In this document: piece by piece, positions 1 through 12,748 of the stretch
How the letters are laid out: every line of letters begins with the position of its first letter
How positions within the stretch are numbered: position 1 is the first letter of the stretch
Source of the DNA: Macrostomum hystrix
Lineage: Eukaryota > Animalia > Platyhelminthes
Direction of reading: 5' to 3'
Assembly: GCA_950097015.1 (NCBI GenBank)
Contig: CATNEN010000001.1
Location: 20,460,001-20,524,000, forward strand
Length of the DNA stretch: 64,000 nucleotides
The notes under the pieces: generated by a model
Database searches by the model: none
What the model saw: only the letters and a program-made list of their open reading frames with translations
Told to the model about the DNA's origin: nothing
Program-made: the position numbers and the translations under genes

Positions 1-3000
1 TGACACTGCCGGCCTTCTTGAAGTTCTTCGCCTGCCTTTGCCCCAGACAGGAGATCGACCAGCTCTGCCAGGAACTGTGAGTCAATGCACTCACTCACTC
101 ACTCACTCACTCACTCACTCACCCACTTATTCACTCACTCACTCACTCACTCACTCACTCACTCACTCACTCACTCACTCACTCACTCACTCACTCACTC
201 ACTCACTCACTCACTCACTCACTCACTCACTCACTCACTCTCTCACTCACTCACTCACTCACTCACTCACTCACTCACTCACTCACTCACTCACTCACTC
301 ACTCACTCACTCACCCACTTATTCACTCACTCACTCACTCACTCACTCACTCACTCACTCACTCACTCACTCACTCACTCACTCACTCACTCACTCACTC
401 ACTCACTCACTCACTCACTCACTCACTCACTCACTCACTCACTCACTCACTCACTCACTCGCTCACTCACTCACTCACTCACTCACTCACTCATTCACTC
501 ACTCACTCACTCACTCACTCACTCACTCACTCACTCACTCACTCACTCTCTCACTCACTCACTCACTCACTCACTCCTTCACTGCTCACTCACTCACTCA
601 CTCACTCACTCACTCACTCACCCACTCCGGCAGCAATCCATCCAGCTCCAAGTCGAAGCAGCCCCAGCTGAGCATTGCTCAATTTGTCCGACTGCTCAAC
701 GAGCGCCAACGTGATCCGCGGCTGAACGAGATTCTCTACCCCTACGCCAACGAGGCCAAGGCCCGCGAGCTCATTCAGAAGTACGAGCCGGATCCCAGTC
801 TGGCAGCCAAAGGTGAGGCAAAACAACAGCCTGACCGGCTGTTTCCAATCGGATTTTATTTCTCCCATCTCCGCCCTGTCTACCCGCAGACCAGTTGAGC
901 AGTGCCGGCCTGGAGGCATTCCTTATGTCCACGGACAACAGCCTGATCCCGTGGGATAAACTAGACATCAGCCAGGACATGGATCAGCCTTTGTCGCATT
1001 ATTTCATTAACTCTTCGCATAACACCTACCTGGCTGGTGAGACTGTCACGGCTGGTTGCTTATAACCACCCACCTGTCCTTCAGGTATCCCTCCACCTGT
1101 CCTTCAGGTATCCCTCCACTTGTCCTTCAGGTATCATTCCACCTGTCCTTCAGGTATCACTCCACCTGTCCTTCAGGTATCCTTCCACCTGTCCTTCAGG
1201 TATCCTTCCACCTGTCCTTCAGGTATCCCTCCACCTGTCCTTCAGGTATCCCTCCACCTGTCCTTCAGGTATCACTCCACCTGTCCTTCAGGTATCACTC
1301 CACCTGTCCTTCAGGTATCCTTCTACCTGTCCTTCAGGTATCACTCCACCTGTCCTTCAGGTATCCTTCTACCTGTCCTTCAGGTATCACTCCACCTGTC
1401 CTTCAGGTATCACTCCACCTGTCCTTCAGGTATCCTTCCACCTGTCCTTCAGTTATAACTCCACCTGTCCTTCAGGTATAACTCCACCTGTCCTTCAGGT
1501 ATGACTCAGAAGTGCCACTCCACCTGTCCTTCAGGTATTCCTCTTCTTCATCATTATTTTCCCCCCCATTCCTCAGGCCATCAGCTCACCGGCAAGAGCT
1601 CAGTGGAGATGTACAGGCAGGTTCTACTAACCGGCTGTCGCTGCGTCGAGTTGGACTGCTGGGACGGCAAAGGCGCTGACGAAGAGCCGACTGTCACGCA
1701 TGGCTTCACGATGTGCTCAGAAGTGTCATTCAGGGTGAGTTCGAAACTATCGACCTAGAAATGTCTATGGATTAGCAAAGGCGTCATCAATTAAGTTAAT
1801 ATTTGATTTCTAGGAAACTATGGAGGCAATCGCGGAGACGGCATTCAAAGTTTCAGATTTTCCGGTCATTCTGTCGTTTGAAAATCACTGCTCGTAAGTG
1901 TGAATCTTTCCAATCCGGAAATCTAATTTGGCGTCAAAATGAACTCAAATGCAAAAACTGAAATCCTCAGACCCAAGCAGCAGGCCAAGATGGTGAAATT
2001 AATCAAGGATTATCTGGGCGACAGGATTCTGGCCCATCCGTTGGATTCGCATCCGGTGAGTTTTCAAACTTTCAATCGAGTTTGAATTGGCGCCAGTTTG
2101 TTATTTCAAAGAAATCAAGTCTCGAATTTCAGTTAAAACCCGGAACTCCGCTGCCAAGTCCGGATCTGCTGAGAGGAAAATTTCTTATTAAAAACAAGAA
2201 GCGTCACTTCAAAAAATCTGGTAAAATAGTGAAAGTGAGATACGATATTTCTGATGCATTTAAACAAAATGTCTTCTTTTTTAAATAATTGACGTATTAC
2301 TAGCCAAGCCAGGAGATGCGATTGCTGAGGAAGAAAACTCACTAGAAACTGACTCTGCGACTGAAGACTTCGTCGCTGGCAAAGGTGAGCTGTGCTCATA
2401 TGAGTAGCTTTTAGAGTGTTAAATATTCAGCTATCTATCAGCTAAGGTGTTAGATATCAGCTAAGGTGTTAGATATCAGCTAAGGTGTTAGATATCAGCT
2501 AAGGTGTTAGATATTCAGCTTTGATGTTAGATATCAGCTAAGGTGTTAGATATCAGCTAAGGTGTTAGATATCAGCTAAGGTGTTAGATATTCAGCTTTG
2601 ATGTTAGATATCAGCTAGGGTGTTAGATATTCAGCTAGGGTGTTAGATATCGGCAAGGGTGTTAGATATCAGCTTGGGTGTTAGATATCAGCTAAGGTGT
2701 TAGATATTCAGCTTTGGTGTTAGATCTCCAGTTCCTGATGTTCAAACAACCACTCGAAGCAGACCCAGAAGACGCAGCCGATGAGGACGCTGATGAGGAG
2801 GATCCGGAGCTGAAGAAGCTACGCGAGAGCGCCGAGAAGGCGGCGGCCACGTCAGCGGCTGCAGCGGCGGCTTCATCAAAGGAGCCCGAGACACTGTCTG
2901 AAATATCAGCCATGGTCAACTACATGGAGCCGGCGCCGTTCTACTCCTTTGAGTATGCCGCCAGTGAGTAAATTGCCCCCCCATATCAAGCCCGGCTCAC

Positions 3001-6000
3001 CAGCTGTCACTGTGCTCAAACTTTTTTAAACATTTTCTGCAAAGAGAAAAATGCCGCCTACGAATGCTGCTCAATTTCTGAGAACAGCGCCACCAACCTG
3101 CTCAAGGAGGCGCCAGAGGACTTTGTCAAGTGAGTGAGGTCTTTAACACTACTCTTGCTACTCATTCTACTCCCTCATTCTACCCCCTCATTCTACCCCT
3201 CATTCTACCCACTCATTCTACCTCCTCATTCTACCCCCTCATTCTACCCCTCATTCTACCCCCTCATTCTACCCCTCATTCTACCCCCTCATTCTACCCC
3301 CTCATTCTACCCCCTCATTCTACACCCTCATTCTACACCCTCATTCTACACCCTCATTCTACCCCCTCATTCTACCCCCTCATTCTACCCCCCTCATTCT
3401 ACCCCTCGCATTCAATCCTCCTCATCCTATCCTATTTATTCTATCCCGTTCATTCTACCCCCTTCTTATTTTACAGCTTCAACAAGAGGCAAATCAGCCG
3501 GATTTACCCCAAGGGCACTAGGGTGGATTCCAGCAACTACATGCCCCAGCTGTTCTGGAACGCCGGTTGTCAACTGGTGGCGCTCAACTTTCAATCTCTG
3601 GGTGAGGCAGACTGGACATAATCCTGTTAGACGCAATAATTTACCTGTTAGACACCTTAATCTACCTTCTGAATACGTTATTCTACCTGGTAGACACACT
3701 AATCAACCGCGTACATACGTTAATCTACGAATTAATAATAATAATAATAATTGCAGGAGGGTTGCGGGCAATGGCACATCATTTGGTGACACTAGACCCG
3801 CAGCCAGCGAGAAGGCAATTCTGCCCATTTCGCTGACTCCTGAGTACACACGAACACAGGTACTGTACACAGGCACACGCTCACACAGGTGTGTACATCT
3901 GCCCTGACTTTCTCATCGTCAGGCAGTGTACACTTTCACTGTGCCTTGGAGGTCGGCCTTGCCTTGCCTCGCCGCGGAATCGAGCTCAGGGACCTTGGTG
4001 CGAGAGGCGAATGAACTAACCGGGCTGCAACTCACCCCCCTGTTAGACACACAAATCTACCTGTTAGATACGTTAATCTACCTGTTAGATACGTTAATCT
4101 ACCTGTCAGACAGTCTCACCAACCGACGTACCAATCCGCAGACCTTGGACTTCAACTGAACCTGGGCATGTTCCACTATCAGCGCCGCTGCGGCTACCTT
4201 CTCAAGCCTGAGTTCATGCGCCGGGCCGATCGCCGGTTCGATCCGTTCTCCGAGTCCACGGTGGACGGCATTGTGGCCAGCAGCGTGTCAGTGCACATCC
4301 TGTCCGGCTACTTCCTGTCCGATCGCCGGGTTGGCACCTACGTCGAGGTTGAAATGTACGGCCTGCCGGCTGACACCGTTAGGAAGCGGTTTCGAACTCG
4401 GGTTGTGCCGGCCAACGGGATTAATCCCAGCTACAATCAGGAGCCTTTTGTGTTCAAGAAGGTTTTGGAATAAAGCTCTAGGCCAAAAGTACACAGTATC
4501 AACTTAAAGTACACAGTATCAACTTAAAGTACACAGTATCAACTTAAAGTACACAGTATCAACTCAAAGTACACTGAATCTAGTTAAAGTACACATTATA
4601 ATGTTAATTTATACAGTGTGATCTTGAAGTACATAGTATTAAGTTAAAGTACGCATGAAAATATTCCTCCTATTTGCACAATCCACCCAGGTGGTGCTGC
4701 CACAACTGGCCACACTGCGAATTGCCGCCCTCGAAGAGTCGGGGCGTCTCATCGGTCAGCGATTCCTACCTGTTGACTCGCTGCGACCCGGCTATCGCCA
4801 CGTGCCCCTGTTCACCGAGCTGATGCAGCCGCTGCCACTGGCCACTCTGTTCGTCTGCCTGTCTGTTAGCGACTACGTGTCAGATGTGTTTGCTGGTCAG
4901 GAGCTGCGCTTTTTATTACTTCTTTTTATCTTCCAAATTTCTACCCAAAATGTACACTCGTCCCTTTAACCAGCCCATAGACCTCATCCACTCGAATGTA
5001 CACTCGTCCCTTCAATCAGCCCATAGGTCTTATCCACTCGAATGTACACTCGTCCCTTCAATCAGCCCATAGACCTCATCCACTCGAATGTACACTCGTC
5101 CCTTTAACCAGCCCATAGGTCTTATCCACTCGAATGTACACTCGTCCCTTCAATCAGCCCATAGACCTCATCCACTCAAATGTACACTCGTCCCTTTAAC
5201 CAGCCCATAGACCTCATCCACTCGAATGTACACTCGTCCCTTCAATCAGCCCATAGGTCTTATCCACTCGAATGTACACTCGTCCCTTTAACCAGCCCAT
5301 AGACCTCATCCACTCGAATGTACACTCGTCCCTTCAATCAGCCCATAGGTCTTATCCACTCGAATGTACACTCGTCCCTTTAACCAGCCCATAGACCTCA
5401 TCCACTCGAATGTACACTCGTCCCTTCAATCAGCCCATAGGTCTTATCCACTCGAATGTACACTCGTCCCTTTAACCAGCCCATAGACCTCATCCACTCG
5501 AATGTACACTCGTCCCTTCAATCAGCCCATAGACCTCATCCACTCGAATGTACACCCGTCCCTTTAACCAGCCCCAAACCTTATCGCCTAACCGGCCGTG
5601 TACACAAACCTGCAGAGTTTGCAGCTGCGCTAGCCAACCCAATTCAATATCTGAGCGAGATGGACAAGCATCAGCAGCAGTTGATGGTGCTAACGGACGA
5701 CTTTGAAGTGACGGTAAGCAAATAATCCGCGTTGTTGAATTAAATAAAGAAACTGAAATTTGTCGATTTGTAATCAAGAATCTTTAACTACATCAATTCA
5801 GGACAAACCTCAGCAGCAGCAGCAGTCAAGCAGGGCTATCACCGCGATCAGCGAATCTGATCAACACAACGACGTCGCAAATGTCACCGTGCCGCCGAAA
5901 ACTGCATCCAATGCTGAGCGAAGTCCTGCGAAACAGCGTAAACTGCTGCGCACCTCCACGCTGGGACCCATGGATGCGCCTCCGTCGCCTCCGTCAGCGG

Positions 6001-9000
6001 CGTCAACTTCAACGGGATCAGCAGGCGGCGCTACTGGTACGACTGAGCTGGCTGGAGCTTCAGGAACTCGCGGAACCGGCGGTGAGAGAAATTGAAAGTA
6101 CTTCGAAGTAGATCTGATTCAATTGTGTCTGTAGATCTGATTCAATTGTGTCTGTAGATCTGATTCAATTGTGTCTGTCGATCTGATTCAATTGTGTCTG
6201 TAGATCTGATTCAATTGTGTCTGCAGATCAGGTTCAATTGTGTCTGTAGATCTGATTCAATTGTGTCTGCAGATCTGATAGAGAACAGAATCATATAACC
6301 CATCGCAGGAATCCGCCGCAAGTTCATGTCGGTTTACACAAAATCTTCGGATTCTCAGCAACAGCAGCAGCAGCAGCAGCATCAGCAGCAGCTCCAGGTT
6401 GATGCTGATTCGTCGGAAAGTTTCGTTGCTCGTTGTCTTCTTTCCGGTAATTGAGTAACGTTATTACGAGTAATTAGCAATCTTGAGATGACTAAATGTC
6501 TGTTAACCAGTTGAAAACTAAAAAATTGCCGCAGATTCAACTTGTGTGCAGAAGCCCAGCCTTGAAGAGGTGAAGAAGGACAAGAAATACCAGAAACTTG
6601 TGCTGAGATGCGACAAAGAGTACCTCGCCATGCTCAAGCGCAATCAGAAGGTTGGTTAGCTGGCATTATAAAAGTACTTTTATTGATGAGTCTAAAAAAG
6701 TTTTAGCAGTAGAAACACCACGCTTTTTTCTCTCTGTGGAAAGTCAACGGGAGTTATTTCAATACGCACTGCCTACTTCACGATAACCGAATAACCGATT
6801 TTCAAGAAATTCAACAATCAGTCCTCCCTCAGGCAAGGAATCGAACTCCTGACCTCTTGGTCAATAGTCCGAGCTCTAACCTCTCTGATAGAGGCTTTCT
6901 GTCAACGGATACAAAAATTATATTAAAAGTCGTACTACTCTACTTGTTAGCCCCGTTAAGTAGTCGTTGAGTAGTATGTATAGCATTTTTTAACAATCCG
7001 AAACCGCCGACTAAAAAAGGAGCTGGTCACAATGCGGGCCAAGCAGCGGCTGATTCTCGCCCGGCTCGACTCGGGAGTCGCAGCCGCTTCGTCGTCATCG
7101 GCCATCGTCAGATTCTTCAGCGGCGGCGGCGGCCGCCGGTTGAACGCCTCTCTGTCGCTGCGGCTGCACGCCTCCCAGGAGGAGGTTCGCAGCGAAGCGG
7201 CCCGCAGCGCATCAGAGAAGGATCTTGGCAGACGGGTGGGGATAACAGAACAGTACTGACATAATCACTGACGGCTGTAACTGCTGTGAGATAGAAATGA
7301 CACCGGTGTTCAGTCATTTGCACAGCCTCAACTAATGAAAAACCACCTGCCCCACTGTTAGACAGACTAATCTAACTGTTAGACAGACTAATCTAACTGT
7401 TAGACAGACTAATCTAACTGTTAGACAGACTAATCTAACTGTTAGACAGACTAGTCAACCTGTTAGACAGACTAATCTAACTGTTAGACAGACTAATCTA
7501 ACTGTTAGACAGACTAATCTAACTGTTAGACAGACTAATCTAAATGTTAGACAGACTAATCTAACTGTTAGACAGACTAATCTATATGTTGGACAGACTA
7601 ATCTATATGTTGGGCAGACTAATCTATATGTTGGACTAATCTACCTGTTAGACAGACTAATCTAACTGTTAGACAGACTAATCTAACTGTTAGACAGACT
7701 AGTCAACCTGTTAGACAGACTAATCTAACTGTTAGACAGACTAATCTAACTGTTAGACAGACTAATCTAACTGTTAGACAGACTAATCTAACTGTTAGAC
7801 AGACTAGTCAACCTGTTAGACAGACTAATCTAACTGTTAGACAGACTAATCTAACTGTTAGACAGACTAATCTAACTGTTAGACAGACTAATCTAAATGT
7901 TAGACAGACTAATCTAACTGTTAGACAGACTAATCTAACTGTTAGGCAGACTAATCAACCTGTTAGGCAGACTAATCAACCTGTTAGACAGACTAATCTA
8001 CCTGTTAGACATCTAAATGTTAGACAGACTAATCTAAATGTTAGACAGACTAATCTAAATGTTAGACAGACTAATCTAACTGTTAGACAGACTAATCTAA
8101 CTGTTAGACAGACTAATCAACCTGTTAGACAGACTAATCTAACTGTTAGACAGACTAATAAACCTGTTAGACAGACTAATCTAACTGTTAGACAGACTAA
8201 TCTAACTGTTAGGCAGACTAATCTAACTGTTAGACAGACTAATCTAACTGTTAGACAGACTAATCTAACTGTTAGACAGACTAATCTAACTGTTAGACAG
8301 ACTAATCTAACTGTTAGACTAATCTACCTGTTAGACAGACTAATCTACCTGTTAGACTAATCTACCTGTTAGACAGACTAATCTACCTTTAGATAGACTA
8401 ATCCACATGTTGGACAGACTAATCTGCCTGTTAGACAGACAAATCTACCTGTTAGACATGTAAATGTTAGACAGACTAATCGACAATCTGCAGCAAATCT
8501 ACAACAATACTACTCGTTTAAATGCATTACAGTCTACTAATGCGAGCATCATTTGGCTAGCAGCCATTTTCATTTTTTAGGCTACGAGCCACATTCTCTC
8601 ACCAAGGACTTCTATATACTAGCATCTAAGTATTTATAGATACCAAATACAGAAGTCCTTGCGCCAAACTTAGTCCAAAATGCTTTGCACCCTCATTGGC
8701 TATTTCGGCCATAGACAATGCCAGCTTCTCCCCACCCCTTCCAGGCCGGGCCCAGTCTGCGGGCGCACCAAGACTCTGAGGCTCGCGATCAGCTGGAGAG
8801 TCACGCCAGGGCCGAGTTTGAACTTCAGCGAGGCCATCTGGCTGCGCAGCGCGAGGAGCTTCTGCGCGCCCTGGAGTCCGCCGGGGCTCAGGGCGAGAAG
8901 AGTCTGAGCGCGCTCTACAGTCAGGAGCACTCGGCCCTGAAGAAGGCCCAGGAGAAGCAGCGGAACAATGAGGCCAGACAGTTGGCCAAGCAGTTCAAGT

Positions 9001-10447
9001 CGACGCGTGGCGACTCAGCGAAGGCGGAGCTGCGTGAAGCCCGGCGGGAGTGCCAGCAGCGCCAGGTGGCGGCGGCAGTCGGCGAGCTGCAAGCTCTGGA
9101 CGGCTTGCACAAGAAGCGACAGCGGGAGCTGCGAGAACACATGGACAGCCTGCGACTGGCGGCCGAGAAGGAGTTCGACCAGGTCTGTGCGGCTCTTTGA
9201 AAATCATTTGGTGACACTGGGCCCGCAGCCAGCGAGGAGGCAATTCTGTCTGTTCCACTGGCTCCTGAGCACACACTCACACAGGTGTGTACATCTGCCC
9301 TGACTTTCTCATCATTTTCAGGCAGTGTACATGTCACTGTGCCTTGGAGGTTGGCCCTCATGGGCGTAAATTGCACGCCAAGCCCCCAAGCCTTCTCTCC
9401 AAATGAATGTGGCTTCGGCCAAGAATCGAACTCAGGGACCTTGGTGCCAGAGGCAAACGAGTTCTGCCACTCACCCTAAGGCTAATATTTTGTATAATAT
9501 GAAACGTAACAATGTTATAATCTGTCGAAGACATGACTATCAATTCTAGTCAGTAGGTTTCTAGGAAATAAATAAAGATGATTGCAATATCTGTTCTAGC
9601 TGTTCAGTTGGTTGCAATCTCTGTACTATTTATTCAGTTGGTTGCAATCTCTGTACTGGCTGTTTAGTTGGTTGCAATCTCTGTAATGGCTTTTCAGTTG
9701 GTTGCAGTCTCTGTACTATTCATTCAGTTGGTTGCAATCTCTGTACTATTTATTCAGTTGGTTGCAATCTCTGTACTAGCTGTTCAGCATGGTTGCAATC
9801 TCTGTACTAGCTGTTCAGTTGGTTGCAATCTCTGTACTAGCTGTTCAGTTGGTTGCAATCTCTGTACTAGCTGTTCAGTTGGTTGCAATCTCTGTACTAC
9901 GAGCGTATGTATTCAGTTGGTTGCAATCTCTGTACTATTCATTCAGTTGGTTGCAATCTCTGTACTATTTATTCAGTTGGTTGCAATCTCTGTACAATTT
10001 ATTCAGTTGGTTGCAATCTCTGTACAATTTATTCAGTTTGTTGCAATCTCTGTACAATTTATTCAGTTGGTTGCAATCTCTGTACTATTCATTCAGTTGG
10101 TTGCAATCTCTGTACTATATATTCAGTTTGTTGCAATCTCTGTACTATTTATTCAGTTGGTTGCAGTCTCTGTACTATTTATTCAGTTGGTTGCAATATC
10201 TGTACTGGCTGTTCAGTTGGTTGCAATCTCTGTACAATTAATTTAGTTGGTTGCAATATCTGTACTGGCTGTTCAGTTGGTTGCAATCTCTGTACTAGCT
10301 GCTCAATTGGTTGCAATCTCTGTAAAATTTTAGGTGACGCGGCAGCTGGACGAAGAGCAGCTCTCCAGACTCGTGGAAATCAGCAAGTCCTCTGTGGCAT
10401 CGGCGGCTCTCGTCAACACTCGAAGCGGTCGACAAGAATTGGCCTAG
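1..10447 (+). CDS. PLCB: Phospholipase C-beta (1-phosphatidylinositol 4,5-bisphosphate phosphodiesterase beta), 5'-truncated, about 20 exons
   Basis: Spliced exons encode the EF-hand region ([17 protein letters not shown]), X box ([44 protein letters not shown]), Y box ([38 protein letters not shown]), C2 domain ([18 protein letters not shown]; [10 protein letters not shown]) and a C-terminal coiled coil typical of the beta class. Approximate exons: <1-77, 634-812, 890-1036, 1577-1734, 1814-1893, 1971-2055, 2133-2220, 2304-2384, 2731-2963, 3043-3130, 3477-3601, 4142-4461, 4691-4896, 5616-5713, 5802-6082, ~6310-6446, 6535-6650, ~7020-7233, 8744-9182, 10334-10447 (TAG). Confidence 0.95.
88..623. 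repeat. (CACT)n microsatellite filling a PLC intron
   Basis: Direct reading. Confidence 0.98.
1069..1537. repeat. 23-bp minisatellite CCACCTGTCCTTCAGGTATCMCT
   Basis: About 20 copies in a PLC intron. Confidence 0.97.
2437..2725. repeat. 19/20-bp minisatellite TATCAGCTAAGGTGTTAGA
   Basis: Direct reading; ends at the acceptor. Confidence 0.95.
3160..3465. repeat. 13-bp minisatellite CTCATTCTACCCC
   Basis: Direct reading. Confidence 0.95.
3733..4040 (-). mobile_element. tRNA-derived SINE family A (internally deleted copy)
   Basis: Same body as the other family A copies, with a (TAA)n tail at the left and a tRNA-like head at the right. Confidence 0.85.
4487..4600. repeat. 20-bp minisatellite AAAGTACACAGTATCAACTT
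   Basis: Direct reading. Confidence 0.9.
4949..5575. repeat. 46-bp minisatellite with two alternating variants
   Basis: AATGTACACTCGTCCCTTYAAYCAGCCCATAGRYCTYATCCACTCG. Confidence 0.97.
6108..6280. repeat. 23-bp minisatellite GTAGATCTGATTCAATTGTGTCT
   Basis: Direct reading. Confidence 0.95.
6760..6890 (-). mobile_element. Degenerate tRNA-derived SINE head
   Basis: Plus-strand GGAATCGAACTCCTGACCTCTTGG...GCTCTAACC is an antisense B and A box. Confidence 0.5.
7355..8480. repeat. 21-bp minisatellite CTGTTAGACAGACTAATCTAA
   Basis: About 50 copies. Confidence 0.97.
9203..9477 (-). mobile_element. tRNA-derived SINE family A (3'-truncated)
   Basis: Shares CATTTGGTGACACT...GCAGCCAGCGAGGAGGCAATTCTG...AATCGAACTCAGGGACCTTGGTG with the other copies. 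Confidence 0.85.
9580..10323. repeat. 30-bp minisatellite GTTGGTTGCAATCTCTGTACTAGCTGTTCA
   Basis: Last PLC intron; ends about 10 nt before the acceptor. Confidence 0.97.
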
Positions 10448-11944
10448 TTTACGATTTTAAACAAAAAAAACAGACCGATAATTTACAGAGATTTAATTTA
10501 AACAGAACCCGATAGAAAAACTATTCGCCGTTGTGTTGTTTTGGTAATTGTTTAATCAGTTTGGCTTATGCCTAAAACATAATAATTAGCATAGCACACT
10601 TTTTTAACGTTCCCTTAATTTTACTACTCCTAGTTCTACATGTAGTAGCATGTCTTGTCTAACAGGGAACATAACCTATTTAGTACGCTGAGTTACACAC
10701 TTGAAATAATTCCACACTATATTTGTGTCGTTCTGGTAGATTGAGAAATTTTAAGTCGCATACTCTCCTCACTACTTAACAACTTGACTACTGACCAGTA
10801 GTAGAGAGAGGAAAATATAATTCCCGTTTTAATCGAAGAAAACTATTTTCCCTTGACAAATTTAGAAACATTATCTTTAGAATCGAATATTTCTTTTCTT
10901 TCGCAACCTCTAGAGTCAGAAGTTTCCCAGTAACTTAAAAGTGAAAAAGACAATTAGGATAATTAATACTTTTTTGTTGATGCAATCTTTTAGCAATGTG
11001 CAGTGTTATAGTAAGCATGTATATTTAGCATAAAGATTACATATATATATATGCATACATAATAGCAAATGAACCTGATACACAACTACACGAAACAAGA
11101 GCAGAGGAGAGCAAAGATTTGGAATCCGGTTTCAATTCCGTTAAATTTCCAGCTCAAAGTAACTGAATCGAATTGCAAACTGAAAGCAAAGGACAGGAAA
11201 TTGATAGGAAATAACTAAAACTTTATCATTATTAAAGAAATAGAAAACAATGTTATCTCTGTTAATTACCATTATTTAATTACGAAAATAAATATTCGCT
11301 TACATGGTAACCTCACCAGCCTACTCACAGTAGTGTAAAATTTTAGCACTTTGAAAAACGAACTAAATTAGTGAAAACCTGGCGAAACAAATATTAAAGT
11401 TAAGGCTTATCTACTTGATTACACGGTAACAAGGCGAAAATATGATATGTATAAGACAGCTGAAATAATAGTTATTAATAAAGTAGGACACAGCCACTCT
11501 GCTAGCTTGTTAGAGCAGAAAAAAATAATTTCATGGCACACAATGAACAAATAATAATATGCAGACATTATATATAAGCCTGGTACAATGAAGGTACATT
11601 GTAGATTTATTAATTAATACATTTTATACCTCTACAAATTTACACTGCCGCACAGGCATAGGGGCTTAGTTAAGCCCAAACGCATAGATTAAACTGAGAT
11701 TAATCCGAAAATAACCAGACGGAAGCGAAGGGGGAATTGAACATGTCGTTTTCGAGTTCGGATCACAAACTAAATCGTAGATCGGATAACAAAACACAAA
11801 AAGAATTGCCAAAACGAAAATATCTATCTAAATGTCCTAAATTTACTAAACCTTATCTAAATAAAAAATCCTAAATTTAAACACATTATTCCTCTATATA
11901 AATCTAGTAATTTCCTATCTAAATCTGTTCATTCCCATTCAAGA

Positions 11945-12575
11945 GCCGTTAATTTGCAAGCTAAACTCCGTTAATTCCCCATCCAAGTCCGTTAATTTTA
12001 TAGAAATCCGTTGATTCCCTATCAGAGTCCGTTATAATTTTATAGAAATCCATAAATTCCCTATCCAAATCCGTTAATTTTATAGATATCCGTTGATTCC
12101 CTATCAGAGTCCGTTATAATTTTATAGAAATCCATAAATTCCCTATCCAAGTCCGTTAATTTTATAGAAATCCGTTAATTCCCTATCCAAATCCGTTAAT
12201 TTTATAGAAATCCGTTAATTCCCTATCCAAATCCGTTAATTTTATAGGACTCCGTTAAGTTCCTATCCGAGTCCGTTAATTTTAAAGAAATCCGTTAATT
12301 CCCTATCCAAATCCGTTAATTTTATAGAAATCCGTTAATTCCCTATCCAAATCCGTTAATTTTATAGAAATCCGTTAAGTCCCTATCCAAGTCCGTTAAT
12401 CTTATAGATATCCGCTAATTCCAAATTTAAATCCGTTAATTCCCTATCCAAATCCGTTAATTTTGTAGAAATCCGTTAATTCCCTAACCGAGTCCGTTAA
12501 TTTTATAGATATCCGCTAATTCCCTATCCGAGTCCGTTAATTTTATAGATATCCGCTAATTCCAAATTTAAATCC
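11945..12575. repeat. ~40-bp dimeric minisatellite (TCCGTTAATT subunits)
   Basis: Lies between the convergent PLC and RapGEF stop codons. Confidence 0.93.
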
Positions 12576-12748
12576 GCTTTTATACTAATTTTAAGCATGA
12601 AATGAAGCTATTTAAGCAAATGAGACACACATGAAAATACATTTATAGTTCTTAACATACAACAAGAAACAGACCAAAAACAGACAGGACATTTAGTTAG
12701 TAGTATATATCGCTAATTTACTCGTTAGCAACAGTTAATTCAGAGAAT

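Noticed and set aside
38-1504. Long ORFs such as (HSLT)n and (PPVLQVS)n, and similar ORFs at 9668, 13414, 14888, 31214, 34616, 47099, 50278, 51403 and 55694
   Set aside because: They are translations of intronic micro- and minisatellites, open in several frames and bounded by splice sites of the host genes.
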